DNA from: Abditibacteriota bacterium
GTDB lineage: Bacteria; Armatimonadota; UBA5829
Assembly (NCBI GenBank): GCA_942493375.1
Contig: OW818698.1
Location: 5,032,568 to 5,096,567 of the forward strand
Direction: 5' to 3'
Length of the DNA: 64,000 bases
This document shows, piece by piece, positions 31,322 to 41,110 of the stretch. The notes beneath the pieces were generated by a model. That model saw only the letters and a list, made by a program, of their open reading frames with translations. It was not told the DNA's origin and searched no databases. Numbering within the stretch: position 1 is the stretch's first letter; each line of letters starts with the position of its first letter. The translations under genes were made by a program, and so were the position numbers.

Positions 31322-32068
31322 ATGCACTATAGGATTAACACTATGCAATCCACAAACATGGATAAAAAAGAGAGATCAGTTGCATCGCAAGTCAGGAAGA
31401 TTATCTCTCAGTCGCCTGATAGCATCTGGACTTACACGGACTTTCATGATTTACCGCTTATGGCAGTTAGTCAGGCTTTGTCGCGGCTCCATCGAGAAGG
31501 AATGGTAAAACGGGTAAGAAAAGGGCTTTATTATCACCCAAAACAGACTGTTTTAGGTGAAAGTAGTGTTTCACCCGTTGCTTTGAGTTCGAAGCTTCTT
31601 TCCAGCGATGCCCGGCCTACTGGATATACTGCTGCACGGGTGCTTGGGTTAAACACCCAAGTTCCAGTTGAGCCGTCCTATGCGATTTCCAAGACTAAAG
31701 CACCTGCAAGCATAGCTGGTGTAAAACTGACTGTCCGTCGTCCTTTACCAACTCTCCATATAAGCACACGTGAAGCTGCTATCCTGGAGTTTTTGCGTGA
31801 AAGAGGGGAGACAAGTGAGTTGTCTCCCGAGAAGACCGTTAAAAGACTCCTGGATATTGTCAGAGAAACAGGAATATTCACCAACCTTACCGAAGCATCA
31901 ATGCATGACCCCCCACGAGTACGGGCTATGCTCGGGGCATTGGGGGAGGAAGCTAATAATGAACAACGAGAACTGATGAAGCTAAAATTATCACTCAACC
32001 CACTATCCAGGTATGATTTCGGGAGATTGAAATGTTTGAAATACGCTAAGGAGTGGCAAGCAAAATGA
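31322..32068 (+). CDS. abiEi: AbiEi-family antitoxin / transcriptional regulator (type IV toxin-antitoxin or abortive-infection system).
   Basis: Size and sequence resemble AbiEi/DUF6088 antitoxins. Its stop overlaps the downstream gene start in ATGA. The true start may instead be the Met at 31343. Confidence 0.55.
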   Translation: MHYRINTMQSTNMDKKERSVASQVRKIISQSPDSIWTYTDFHDLPLMAVSQALSRLHREGMVKRVRKGLYYHPKQTVLGESSVSPVALSSKLLSSDARPTGYTAARVLGLNTQVPVEPSYAISKTKAPASIAGVKLTVRRPLPTLHISTREAAILEFLRERGETSELSPEKTVKRLLDIVRETGIFTNLTEASMHDPPRVRAMLGALGEEANNEQRELMKLKLSLNPLSRYDFGRLKCLKYAKEWQAK

Positions 32069-33042
32069 TGCTACATGAGCATGATGATTTTGGCCCGATA
32101 TTGACCGAAGCGACTGCCTGGCTAAGGGGAAAACCTGGTTTTGAACGTATTACTACTCAGATTGTAGAGAAAGATTACTATGTAACTCAAGTATTGCGTA
32201 TTATCGCAGCTAAGCTGGGTGAAACAGTCCTGTTCAAGGGTGGTACAAGTCTTTCAAAAGGTTGGGGATTGATCCAGCGATTTTCTGAGGATGTTGATCT
32301 TTTTTTGAATCCGAAAGCTTTTGATCCTCCATTGGGAGAAAGCAGAATACAAAAGAAACTGCTTGAAATGAGAGATATAGTTGGAGGTAGGCAGGGACTT
32401 ACCTGGCTGCGAAATGACTCCAGAGTTGATAAAAAATCACGTGCCGATGTGTATTCCTATAATGCTAAGTATGAAATTAATTCCGAGATACCATCTGAAG
32501 TATTGATGGAGGCGGGCGTCAGGAGTGGGTATTTTCCCAGTGTGCAGGTGAACTTGGATTCTTATGTGGGAGAGTTTCTACGCAGTAAAGGTTTGGATAA
32601 CATTGCTGAAGATATCAGTCTTTTTCCAATGATGTTGTTGCACTTCAAACGCACTTTTATTGAGAAGCTGTTCACAGTATATTCCAAGGTAGAACTGATG
32701 TTGAATCATAATGAATCGAGTCTTGGTGACAACGCTAGACATTACTATGATTTGGTTCAACTCGCACGTACACCGGAGGTTCAGGAACTGTTAAGATCAC
32801 CTTATGAGATAGCAGAGATCATCGAAAATTATTATGCAATTACTCAGAAGCATTTTCCAAAAAGTCCACTTCCTGACACACACCGTCTATGTGATAGCAG
32901 GGCACTTTTTCCGGATAAGGACCTTAGGCATATCTTGGCAAATGCATACAAAATACAGTGCGATAGGCTATGTTATACGTACAATTACCCATCTTTTGAT
33001 GAGGTTTTAGGTGAGTTTGAGAAGATGCGTGAGTTTATATGA
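32065..33042 (+). CDS. abiEii: AbiEii/AbiGii-family nucleotidyltransferase toxin (DUF1814).
   Basis: KGGTSLSK followed by RFSEDVDLF gives the GS...DxD nucleotidyltransferase motif. The ATG at 32065 overlaps the AbiEi stop. RBS aaggag. Confidence 0.65.
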   Translation: MMLHEHDDFGPILTEATAWLRGKPGFERITTQIVEKDYYVTQVLRIIAAKLGETVLFKGGTSLSKGWGLIQRFSEDVDLFLNPKAFDPPLGESRIQKKLLEMRDIVGGRQGLTWLRNDSRVDKKSRADVYSYNAKYEINSEIPSEVLMEAGVRSGYFPSVQVNLDSYVGEFLRSKGLDNIAEDISLFPMMLLHFKRTFIEKLFTVYSKVELMLNHNESSLGDNARHYYDLVQLARTPEVQELLRSPYEIAEIIENYYAITQKHFPKSPLPDTHRLCDSRALFPDKDLRHILANAYKIQCDRLCYTYNYPSFDEVLGEFEKMREFI

Positions 33043-33130
33043 TTATCGCAATAAAATAAAGTATGTATGAAAACAGTATCGCCGTGTATTACCTGAATGG
33101 GCTATATTTCAGTTTTCGAAGGGGGATGAC

Positions 33131-35398
33131 TTGATGTCACTTGAAATAACCGTAAATGGCAAATCTGAATACGTAATCGCTGCCTCAGAGGACCAGATTC
33201 CATCTGAAATTACAGCATCAAAGGAATTGCAGACATACATAGCCAAATCCACCGGAGCAACGCTGCCGATTGTCAATGAATCGGACATAAAGCCGGATGC
33301 ACCAGCTATATTAGTTGGACGAACAGATTTTGCTAAGTCTGCCGGACTAATCCCCGATGGAGAAGAGCAGTGGGTTATTAAGACTATTGGCAACCGGTTG
33401 GTCCTCACAGGGGGCCGTCCGAGAGGCACTCTGTATGCTGTCTATCACTTCCTGGAAGACCATCTGGGTGTGCGGTGGTGGACTATATGGGATGAGACTG
33501 TTCCCAACCATAGCAGCTTATCAATAGCAGATACCGACCGTTCGGGTGAACCGGGGTTTGCTTACCGGGATATATATGATGCCGAGGTCCCATGGCCCAA
33601 AGAGTTCTACGCACGGAACAGAGTCAACGGCCACTTCTCGTTTGTTCCATGGGAGTATGGCGGGACTATCCAGTATGGTCCTCCTCACCATGTGCATACA
33701 TTCGACCACTACTTCCATCCGGACGAATACTACGATACCCATCCTGAGTATTTCTCCCTGTCCAAAGGCGAACGCATCCGCAATGGCCAGCTCTGTCTCA
33801 CTAACAAGGATGTATTCAAAGAGTGGATAGCTAAGATGAAGGAATACATCAAGACTTCATATGCTGAGGCAGACAGTAAGGGCGAACCCAGGCCTGTTTT
33901 CTTCTCGATCTCCCAGAACGATTGGGAAGGCAGCTGCGAGTGCGACTGCTGCAAAGCTATCTATGAAAAAGAGAACCACTCCGGGCTCTCATTAATGTTC
34001 GTAAACGCTGTCGCAGCAGAGATCGAAAAGGAATATCCCGAAGTCCTGATCGATACCCTGGCATACTGGTTCTACGAAGAAGCTCCCAATTCTATCAAAC
34101 CGCGGGACAACGTAAGGATACGGGTTTGTGATTTTGGTGAGGATGTCATGCATCCTATTACCCACGAAAACAACAAGCAGGGCCTCAGAAGACTGGGTGA
34201 ATGGGCGAAGATCACCAAACACACAAACATCTGGAAATACGGGGTCATATACTCTCCGAACCTGCCTATCCCCAGCCAGTTGGACTATGCCGAAGATGTC
34301 AAAGCATACAAAGCTAACGGTGTAGAGGGAGTATTCATAGAGCTGGAAAACATAATGACTACAGACATGTGGGAGATGAAAGCATGGATGCTGGCGAAGC
34401 TCTACGAAGACCCGTATGCTAACTCCGAAGCCCTGGTAAATGACTTCACCAACGGTTACTACGGCCCCGCTGGCCTCTATATCCGTGAATACCTAAATGC
34501 AACACACGATGCCTTGCAGAAAACTCCAAGCTATATAAACTTCGGAGGGACTGCATCTAAGTATTCCTATATAACTTATGACCTGATCCGCACCTGCAAC
34601 GCAATATTTGAAAAGGCAGAAGCTGCTGTATTGGGTGATGAATTCCTATTAGACAGAGTCAGGATGGCCAGAACATCAGTAGACAGGGCAATCTGTTACA
34701 GGACAAAAGACCTTGTGAATGAGTATGAAAACGGCGGAAGCAAAGGCGATTTCGGCCTTTCGGTGGAAGTCTCATCCAAGAGGGCATCTGCCATACTCCG
34801 CAAAATATCTGATCTCAGGTTTGGTGATTGTCAAAAACACGCGCGAGATGGATATGACCAGGCAGGTGTGCTTGAAATGGTCTCCAGCCTACCAGTATCA
34901 GTCCCGCTGCCTGAACAGTTTGCAGCAATGCCAAAGGACAATGTCTTCGATTTCTCCCCCAAAGACTTCAGGCTGGTTGGCCCGATAGTAGTCAAAGACC
35001 CTGGAGCTGACTTCGGAGCTGCTGCCAAACTGGACTACGTAATGTCCGGTTCAGATGCAGCGAAGTTCATAGTATCAGAAACAGAAGGCATGCCGATGGG
35101 CCTCTGCAACGTCAGCGAACACGTATTCGGGGAGACCAGATACATTAAACAGGGAGACATCAAACCTGGATACACCTACTACAAACTCAATAAAGCCAAG
35201 TTCCACCCGTCCGAGTATTTCAACATGTTCTGGGACTGGACATTGCAGCTGGACCTGACCCCAACAATGAATGAAAACCTCGACCAGGAATACGAAATTT
35301 ACGCATCCATAAAATTCGAAGGACCTTTGTTCTCCAACGGAGAACCAGCAAACACGAATGGGATATATGTGGAGAGGATAATAGTTGTTCGAGTCTAG
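33131..35398 (+). CDS. DUF4838/GH20b-like paralog 5, N-terminally truncated (no signal peptide). Possibly non-secreted or a decaying copy.
   Basis: Begins LMSLEITVNGKSEYVIA, which aligns to residues about 26 onward of paralog 4. An in-frame TGA lies 21 codons upstream. No hydrophobic leader. The core is intact. Confidence 0.55.
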   Translation: MMSLEITVNGKSEYVIAASEDQIPSEITASKELQTYIAKSTGATLPIVNESDIKPDAPAILVGRTDFAKSAGLIPDGEEQWVIKTIGNRLVLTGGRPRGTLYAVYHFLEDHLGVRWWTIWDETVPNHSSLSIADTDRSGEPGFAYRDIYDAEVPWPKEFYARNRVNGHFSFVPWEYGGTIQYGPPHHVHTFDHYFHPDEYYDTHPEYFSLSKGERIRNGQLCLTNKDVFKEWIAKMKEYIKTSYAEADSKGEPRPVFFSISQNDWEGSCECDCCKAIYEKENHSGLSLMFVNAVAAEIEKEYPEVLIDTLAYWFYEEAPNSIKPRDNVRIRVCDFGEDVMHPITHENNKQGLRRLGEWAKITKHTNIWKYGVIYSPNLPIPSQLDYAEDVKAYKANGVEGVFIELENIMTTDMWEMKAWMLAKLYEDPYANSEALVNDFTNGYYGPAGLYIREYLNATHDALQKTPSYINFGGTASKYSYITYDLIRTCNAIFEKAEAAVLGDEFLLDRVRMARTSVDRAICYRTKDLVNEYENGGSKGDFGLSVEVSSKRASAILRKISDLRFGDCQKHARDGYDQAGVLEMVSSLPVSVPLPEQFAAMPKDNVFDFSPKDFRLVGPIVVKDPGADFGAAAKLDYVMSGSDAAKFIVSETEGMPMGLCNVSEHVFGETRYIKQGDIKPGYTYYKLNKAKFHPSEYFNMFWDWTLQLDLTPTMNENLDQEYEIYASIKFEGPLFSNGEPANTNGIYVERIIVVRV

Positions 35399-35471
35399 GG
35401 GTGGTTTTAACCGATTTCATGTTTTTGGACAGGATCAACAAGATTTTCAAGATTAACAGGAAGGGAATTGT

Positions 35472-35546
35472 TTGTAACAGTTCAGAGTTGCCGGAATTTG
35501 TCATCCTCAGGATGACAAATTCCCATGTTACTGTACTGTTACAATT
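35472..35546. repeat. Palindromic element of the TTGTAACAGTTCA...GTCATCCTCAGGATGAC family.
   Basis: ttgtaacagttcagagttgccggaatttgtcatcctcaggatgacaaattcccatgttactgtactgttacaa. The left arm matches 4211-4250. Confidence 0.6.
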
Positions 35547-35666
35547 GTTTAGCTTTATTTAGGGGTTGTGTCTTTGTTGTTGAATGGTTTGGTCTTAGAG
35601 ATTATGCTGCTGGGTAAATATTATCTCAGCACTGATGAGACAATTGAAAGGGTTTTTCATTTTGTA

Positions 35667-35700
35667 AATCCTGTTAATCTTGTTAATCTGTCAAAAAAAG
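35667..35700 (+). promoter_or_regulatory. Upstream motif shared with 38054..38096 (CCTGTTAATCTTGTTAATCTGTCAAAAAAA).
   Basis: Near-identical 35-40 nt motif 55 nt upstream of the 35755 start and 69 nt upstream of the 38165 start. Confidence 0.45.
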
Positions 35701-35754
35701 AATTGCAATATTTATCATCCGGGTGTGGTGTTGTAACTGCGAAAGGAACTGAAT

Positions 35755-37389
35755 ATGTCTTGTGAAGTTACTGTTGAGCTTAGAGCTAATCCTGATGCTT
35801 TGGTATCCAGAGTATTTCAGATACTGAAAGATCGTATCGAGCAGCGGTGTTCATCGATTGTGGTCGAAAAAGATGCCGGGGCTCAGATCGTATTGTCAGT
35901 CGATGACAGTTTAGAACCGGATGCATTCCGTATTGACCAGGTCGATGCGGCTGTGCGAGTTGCTGGTGGGTCTGCTCGCGGATTGCTTTATGGTGTTGGG
36001 AAGTTTTTGCGGACCAGCGGGTATGATGGAGTGTTCCAACCGTCGCAGTGGCAAGGGACATCGGTGCCTCAGGGATCACTGCGCGGGATGTATTTCGCGT
36101 CGCATTTCCACAACTGGTACCATCAGTCCTCGGAGCCGGAGATATCCCGTTACATTGAAGACATTGCCCTCTGGGGTGTGAATGCCATAATGGTCATCTA
36201 CCCGATGATCAACCTGCAGGACTGGGATGATCCACAGGCTGCCCCGGCTATGGACATGGTTCGGTGCTACGCTAGAGCGACCAAAGACCTTGGACTGATG
36301 TTTGTTACCGGCGTCGGCAATACGATGTTCAGAGGCGTATCATCAGACCTGCTGGCGACACCTCTGCCCGATCCAACCGGACGGCGGGGGAACAGCGGGT
36401 TTCCGGTCTGCCCGAGCAACCCGGCAGGGCACGACTACATTATGGAAAATGCCCGTATCCTTTTTGAGAAGTTGTCGGATGTAGGGATAGATGCCTTGTG
36501 CTTCTGGCCTTACGATGAAGGCGGGTGTGCTTGCGAGAAGTGCATGCCCTGGGGCAGCAATGCATACCTGAAGCTGTCGTGTGACCTGACGAAACTCGGA
36601 CGAGAGTATTTCCCGGACCTGAAGACGGTTATGAGCACATGGATGTTTGATACTCCTCCGGAGGGTGAGTGGCAGGGACTAACCGACGCTTTGGCCACGA
36701 AGAATGAGTGTATAGATTATATTCTTGCCGATTCCCACGAGGACTTTCCGCGCTATCCCCTGGATGCCTGTGTGCCCGGAAACCTGCCTCTAATAAACTT
36801 CCCTGAGATCAGCATGTGGGGCAACTGGCCCTGGGGTGGTGTGGGAGCTCATCCGCTGCCTGCCCGATTCCAGCGTCTGTGGGACCAGGTCAAGCACGTG
36901 GTTGAAGGAGGCTTCCCCTACAGTGAAGGTATCTACGAGGATATAAACAAAGCGATAGCGGTTCAGTTCTATTGGGACAGGGATCAGTCTGCACGCACAA
37001 CACTGGAGGAATACATCGCATATGAATTCACTCCGAATGTCACGCAAGACGTACTGACTATCATCGACATTCTGGAGATCGCAGCAGGAAACAGATTCAA
37101 GGGGCTGACTGTAAGCACAGAAGACGTTCAACAGGCATACGATTTGGCAGACACAGTGCATGCCAGTCTCCCGGATTGGGCAAGGCAGAACTGGAGATGG
37201 GAAATTCTATATCTGCGAACAGTGCTGGAGCATGAACACGCCAGTGGTGGACTGGAAACTCCAACAGCCGAAGCTGCAATGACACGCCTGATCGAAATAT
37301 ACCACTGCATGCTTGAAACAGACGATCCCTACCACCACCGCGTCCGCCCTCCCCTGAAACGCGCTATAACCCAGGGTGGGGAGTGTTAA
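35755..37389 (+). CDS. Cytoplasmic GH20b-like-domain protein, putative glycoside hydrolase.
   Basis: AAVRVAGGSARGLLYGVGKFL resembles the GH20b/GH67-N fold motif. Carries a CACEKC Cys motif. No signal peptide. Confidence 0.5.
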   Translation: MSCEVTVELRANPDALVSRVFQILKDRIEQRCSSIVVEKDAGAQIVLSVDDSLEPDAFRIDQVDAAVRVAGGSARGLLYGVGKFLRTSGYDGVFQPSQWQGTSVPQGSLRGMYFASHFHNWYHQSSEPEISRYIEDIALWGVNAIMVIYPMINLQDWDDPQAAPAMDMVRCYARATKDLGLMFVTGVGNTMFRGVSSDLLATPLPDPTGRRGNSGFPVCPSNPAGHDYIMENARILFEKLSDVGIDALCFWPYDEGGCACEKCMPWGSNAYLKLSCDLTKLGREYFPDLKTVMSTWMFDTPPEGEWQGLTDALATKNECIDYILADSHEDFPRYPLDACVPGNLPLINFPEISMWGNWPWGGVGAHPLPARFQRLWDQVKHVVEGGFPYSEGIYEDINKAIAVQFYWDRDQSARTTLEEYIAYEFTPNVTQDVLTIIDILEIAAGNRFKGLTVSTEDVQQAYDLADTVHASLPDWARQNWRWEILYLRTVLEHEHASGGLETPTAEAAMTRLIEIYHCMLETDDPYHHRVRPPLKRAITQGGEC

Positions 37390-37563
37390 AGACTGAAGTA
37401 CGCTGGTGTATTTTTGCTCTAGTATGCAAAATCAAGGTGAAAACCCAAACCATACTATTTTTCCAAGCTTCGCTAATACCGACTGCAAAGGGATGGGGAA
37501 GCTTCAGCAGTGGAGTTTATAGCAGAAGTAACTGCTGAAGATATATAAGATAAGAGGGATTCT

Positions 37564-37989
37564 ATGTCTGATGTTGATTCTTTCAGAGCAGCAATTAAAA
37601 GGGCTTTCGTATTAGCGCCTGAATTATCTGATGAGGATTCTGCTCGAATACGTAATGCTGTTAAGGACAAATACACTAATAATAATCGTGGATTACTATG
37701 GGAACGATTTCAAGAATATATAGGCAAACGACGTGTAGATGGATGGAAGAGAGCGTGCGAATATCCTGCAGAAGAAAAAGTTATCCTTTTCCTAGATGAG
37801 CGTGAAGGTGAAGTCATGTGGCTTTTCGAGAATGGTAACGATCTTCGCACGGCAATAGGTGAAACATCCAATGAGGAGTTCTATCTTACTGATTATGATA
37901 CGAGTTATGTGATAGCTTTTAGCCATCACGACATTTTATATGGAGTTGGCTCGTGTAGATCATGGCTTGAACTACTGAGTGAAGATTGA
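37564..37989 (+). CDS. Hypothetical small protein (AT-rich).
   Basis: Clean 141 aa ORF. No known motif. Confidence 0.4.
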   Translation: MSDVDSFRAAIKRAFVLAPELSDEDSARIRNAVKDKYTNNNRGLLWERFQEYIGKRRVDGWKRACEYPAEEKVILFLDEREGEVMWLFENGNDLRTAIGETSNEEFYLTDYDTSYVIAFSHHDILYGVGSCRSWLELLSED

Positions 37990-38053
37990 ATAGCAATTGA
38001 GACTAGGGATAATGAGCAATAATATGACTTGATGTCATTACTGTCCCTCCCTT

Positions 38054-38096
38054 CCTGTTAATCTTGAAAATCTTGTTAATCCTGTCTAAAAAAATA
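38054..38096 (+). promoter_or_regulatory. Second copy of the CCTGTTAATCTTG..TTGTTAATCCTGTCTAAAAAAA motif.
   Basis: See 35667..35700. Confidence 0.45.
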
Positions 38097-38164
38097 TCAA
38101 GGGTATTCATGCAACGAAAAAGAAGCAAACAAAGCAATCACAGATAAAAAGGAGATCAAAAACA

Positions 38165-39079
38165 ATGATTTGGGCAAATTTACTTCATTTAGGTCTTAAC
38201 ATGTGGTGTGACAGGTATGATCCTTCCTGGGGGACTACTGACATCACCGGAATGCCTCATATAAGGTTCGACATGGAACTCTGGGATGAACTCAAACCCA
38301 GGATGCGGGATGCAGGACTGAATATGGTTATCATCGACCTCGGGGAAGCCTTGAAATACAAGAGCCATCCCGAGATACCGGTTGCTGATGCATGGGAAGT
38401 CGATAAGTTAAAAGGTGAACTCGATCAGCTGCGGCAGATGGGACTTGAGCCTATCCCCAAACTCAACTTCTCTGCTACTCATGACCTCTGGCTTGGGAAG
38501 TATTCCAGAATGGTATCTACTCCGGAATACTATCAGGTGTGCGCTGATCTGATTAACGAAGTCAGTGATATCTTCGACAAACCCAGGTTCTTCCATCTGG
38601 GTATGGATGAAGAGCAGATCGAGCACTATGCAAACCACGAGTATGTAGTAATAAGGCAATACGACCTGTGGTGGCACGACTTCCTGAAGCTGGTTAGCAC
38701 CGTTGAAGCAAATGGAGCAAAGGCCTGGATCTGGTCCGACTATATCTGGAACCACCACGATATCTTCGCAGAGAGAATGCCAAAATCCGTCCTGCAGAGC
38801 AATTGGTACTATGGGGATGAGTTCGGTGAAGATGCACAGTATGTCAAAGCCTATCACGAGCTGGAGAAACTGGGATACGACCAGGTCCCCACAGGCAGCA
38901 ACTTCGGAATCCCAACCAACTTCGAGCTGACTGTCGACTACTGCTCCAAAATCATCTCCCCTGATAAACTAAAGGGTTTCATGCAGACCCCCTGGAAAGC
39001 GACCCTCAACCAATACAAAGACCACCACCTCGCAGCCATAGAGCAGGTGGAAAGAGCAAGGATAAAGTTGGAAGGTTAA
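38165..39079 (+). CDS. Putative glycoside hydrolase-like protein (TIM-barrel-type), cytoplasmic.
   Basis: Length 304 aa. RBS aaaggagat upstream. Followed by a strong hairpin. Family uncertain. Confidence 0.5.
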   Translation: MIWANLLHLGLNMWCDRYDPSWGTTDITGMPHIRFDMELWDELKPRMRDAGLNMVIIDLGEALKYKSHPEIPVADAWEVDKLKGELDQLRQMGLEPIPKLNFSATHDLWLGKYSRMVSTPEYYQVCADLINEVSDIFDKPRFFHLGMDEEQIEHYANHEYVVIRQYDLWWHDFLKLVSTVEANGAKAWIWSDYIWNHHDIFAERMPKSVLQSNWYYGDEFGEDAQYVKAYHELEKLGYDQVPTGSNFGIPTNFELTVDYCSKIISPDKLKGFMQTPWKATLNQYKDHHLAAIEQVERARIKLEG

Positions 39080-39085
39080 CCCCCT

Positions 39086-39145
39086 GGGCACGTTGAACCC
39101 CAGTTCGGCCCTTTCGGGCATGCCGAACTGGGGTTCAATGTGCCC
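39086..39145. terminator. GC-rich 24 bp-stem hairpin just after the stop codon.
   Basis: gggcacgttgaaccccagttcggc ... gccgaactggggttcaatgtgccc, with one mismatch. Confidence 0.5.
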
Positions 39146-39231
39146 GAAATAGAATTTGTGACGATCTGATGGGATCAATAGATATATATAGAAAACGCAG
39201 TATATTTTTCAGTCTTTAAACGGAGACAACA

Positions 39232-41016
39232 ATGTATAAGCGCGTAAAGTATGCTTCATTCTTTATTGGCCTTGTTTTATTCTGTGTTTTTGTGTTTGGA
39301 CTATTTGAGGTTTATAAACAATATCAGGATACTATCTGGCTGGATAAGTTCTGTGAAATTGATAAAGAGATAACTCAAATGCTCCCAACTGCGCCATACA
39401 CTGAATATAGTCCGCATGCAACTAAAGCAATTATGCATGTCGGTGCCACATATATTGATGTCGGAGCAAGGTTACCGGAAGCAGATTATGCATATAAGGT
39501 TGTTCCAAAACTGATTAATATTCTCGTAAAACACGGCTTAACAAACACTCGGTATAAGATATACCCAATTGGAAAAGGAGTGATTCTGCACGTATCCGGA
39601 ACAAATGCTGCAGTAGGTAGAATCAGTAGTGACAACAACATTTCACCGGATTCCATATTGGATGTCATTATGGGCAGGAAGAAAAATGCCCGGAATCCTG
39701 TCGTAAAAGATGAAAAGAAGTTTGCTGCTAAGTCTCTAGACCCCTTTTGGATACCATTTTCATCTGGTATTACTTTTAACTGTGGATACTTTCCGTCATC
39801 ACCTCCTGCTATGTCAAAAATACATATTTCGCTACTCGACAACCCTTACAAGATTCTGCTGGCGTTTTTTATTATCTCTTTACTCATATCACTAGTCGGT
39901 GCTTTGGGTTCGTTAGGATCATTTTATAAAACTGAGGAAGAATACAGAAATAGCTCCACGCTGATAGGCGTGCTGAATATGATCCCGATTATTCTGATAG
40001 CCGTTATTGGCTTCTACTCACATGCATTAAATCCATTCGACTATACAAATTTAATGACAGATATGTGGTTTGGCCCACTCTTTATTGGAGGTTGGGGTCT
40101 TCTACTTGTTTTGGGATTTCCATTCCTGGCAATGCTGGCCAGCGGAACATTTATTAACTTTTGCTCTGAACTGTTAACCGCGGAAACTACATTTAAAAAG
40201 ACACCACACACACCGGAAATGATCAAGCTGAAAGCCTGGACCATTATACTTAGCAGGCCGGCTGGGTTTTTAGTTTGGGGATTATGTATTGCTGTCTGTT
40301 ATTGTTTTCTAGGCCGATATGCCGGTATTCTAGCTGGTCCTATAACGTTCATGTCAGTATCGATCCATAAACTATTCGATACTTACTACAAATCCAGAGC
40401 AAGAACAATTCTCACCAAATCAAGCCTGGTCGATCAGGACTGGCTCCGGACCAAACAACAGGAGTTAAATGACACTGCAATCAGACTAGCTGGTGAAATG
40501 AATCGCGAACCGTTGAAAGTGGAGATCCGATATGATGGCAATGAATTATCAATACCGATGGTTTCGCAGAACTCTCCAAAATCGATTATGGTGTCAATAA
40601 GAGCCGCCCAGGATTTTACAAACGATGAAATGGAGTTTATGCTCTGTCGGGAATTAGCCGGATCAACCGGAAAAAGAATCCCTCCATCAATAATACCAGT
40701 TATCATTGTACTATTGATTCCACCGCTAATGCAGTGGATAATATATGCTCATCACGGGGAGTGGTTAAAGATGCTTTTTGTTATATATGCCGCGATACTT
40801 GGTCTGATGTATCTCATATATAGAAGAAAAATCCCGTACATTGAACAATCCAGAATTGCCTTGAGACATACTAAAAACCCGCAAGCTGCCGCTTCTGTTT
40901 TGATGAAAATAATAGACTACAACCGGAAACAGCTTTCATTACCGGATCAGAAAATCGAAGAGATAACGCATATAAAAGATCTTGGCCTGGGTGAATGGGT
41001 GCAGTATAGTTTATAA
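39232..41016 (+). CDS. Hypothetical polytopic membrane protein (AT-rich).
   Basis: Length 594 aa with 6 or more transmembrane helices. RBS aaacggagacaacaATG. Confidence 0.5.
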   Translation: MYKRVKYASFFIGLVLFCVFVFGLFEVYKQYQDTIWLDKFCEIDKEITQMLPTAPYTEYSPHATKAIMHVGATYIDVGARLPEADYAYKVVPKLINILVKHGLTNTRYKIYPIGKGVILHVSGTNAAVGRISSDNNISPDSILDVIMGRKKNARNPVVKDEKKFAAKSLDPFWIPFSSGITFNCGYFPSSPPAMSKIHISLLDNPYKILLAFFIISLLISLVGALGSLGSFYKTEEEYRNSSTLIGVLNMIPIILIAVIGFYSHALNPFDYTNLMTDMWFGPLFIGGWGLLLVLGFPFLAMLASGTFINFCSELLTAETTFKKTPHTPEMIKLKAWTIILSRPAGFLVWGLCIAVCYCFLGRYAGILAGPITFMSVSIHKLFDTYYKSRARTILTKSSLVDQDWLRTKQQELNDTAIRLAGEMNREPLKVEIRYDGNELSIPMVSQNSPKSIMVSIRAAQDFTNDEMEFMLCRELAGSTGKRIPPSIIPVIIVLLIPPLMQWIIYAHHGEWLKMLFVIYAAILGLMYLIYRRKIPYIEQSRIALRHTKNPQAAASVLMKIIDYNRKQLSLPDQKIEEITHIKDLGLGEWVQYSL

Positions 41017-41110
41017 GCAAAATATCCTAACCTGGAAACATCAATATCTATTTTGGAAGTCAAGTAACTCTGGGAGCTCTTGATGATATGAAATATGGAG
41101 GAACGGAATA

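Noticed and set aside
35568-35765. 65 aa ORF upstream of the 35755 gene.
   Set aside because: It spans the shared regulatory motif and promoter region and has no RBS. It is more likely non-coding leader sequence.
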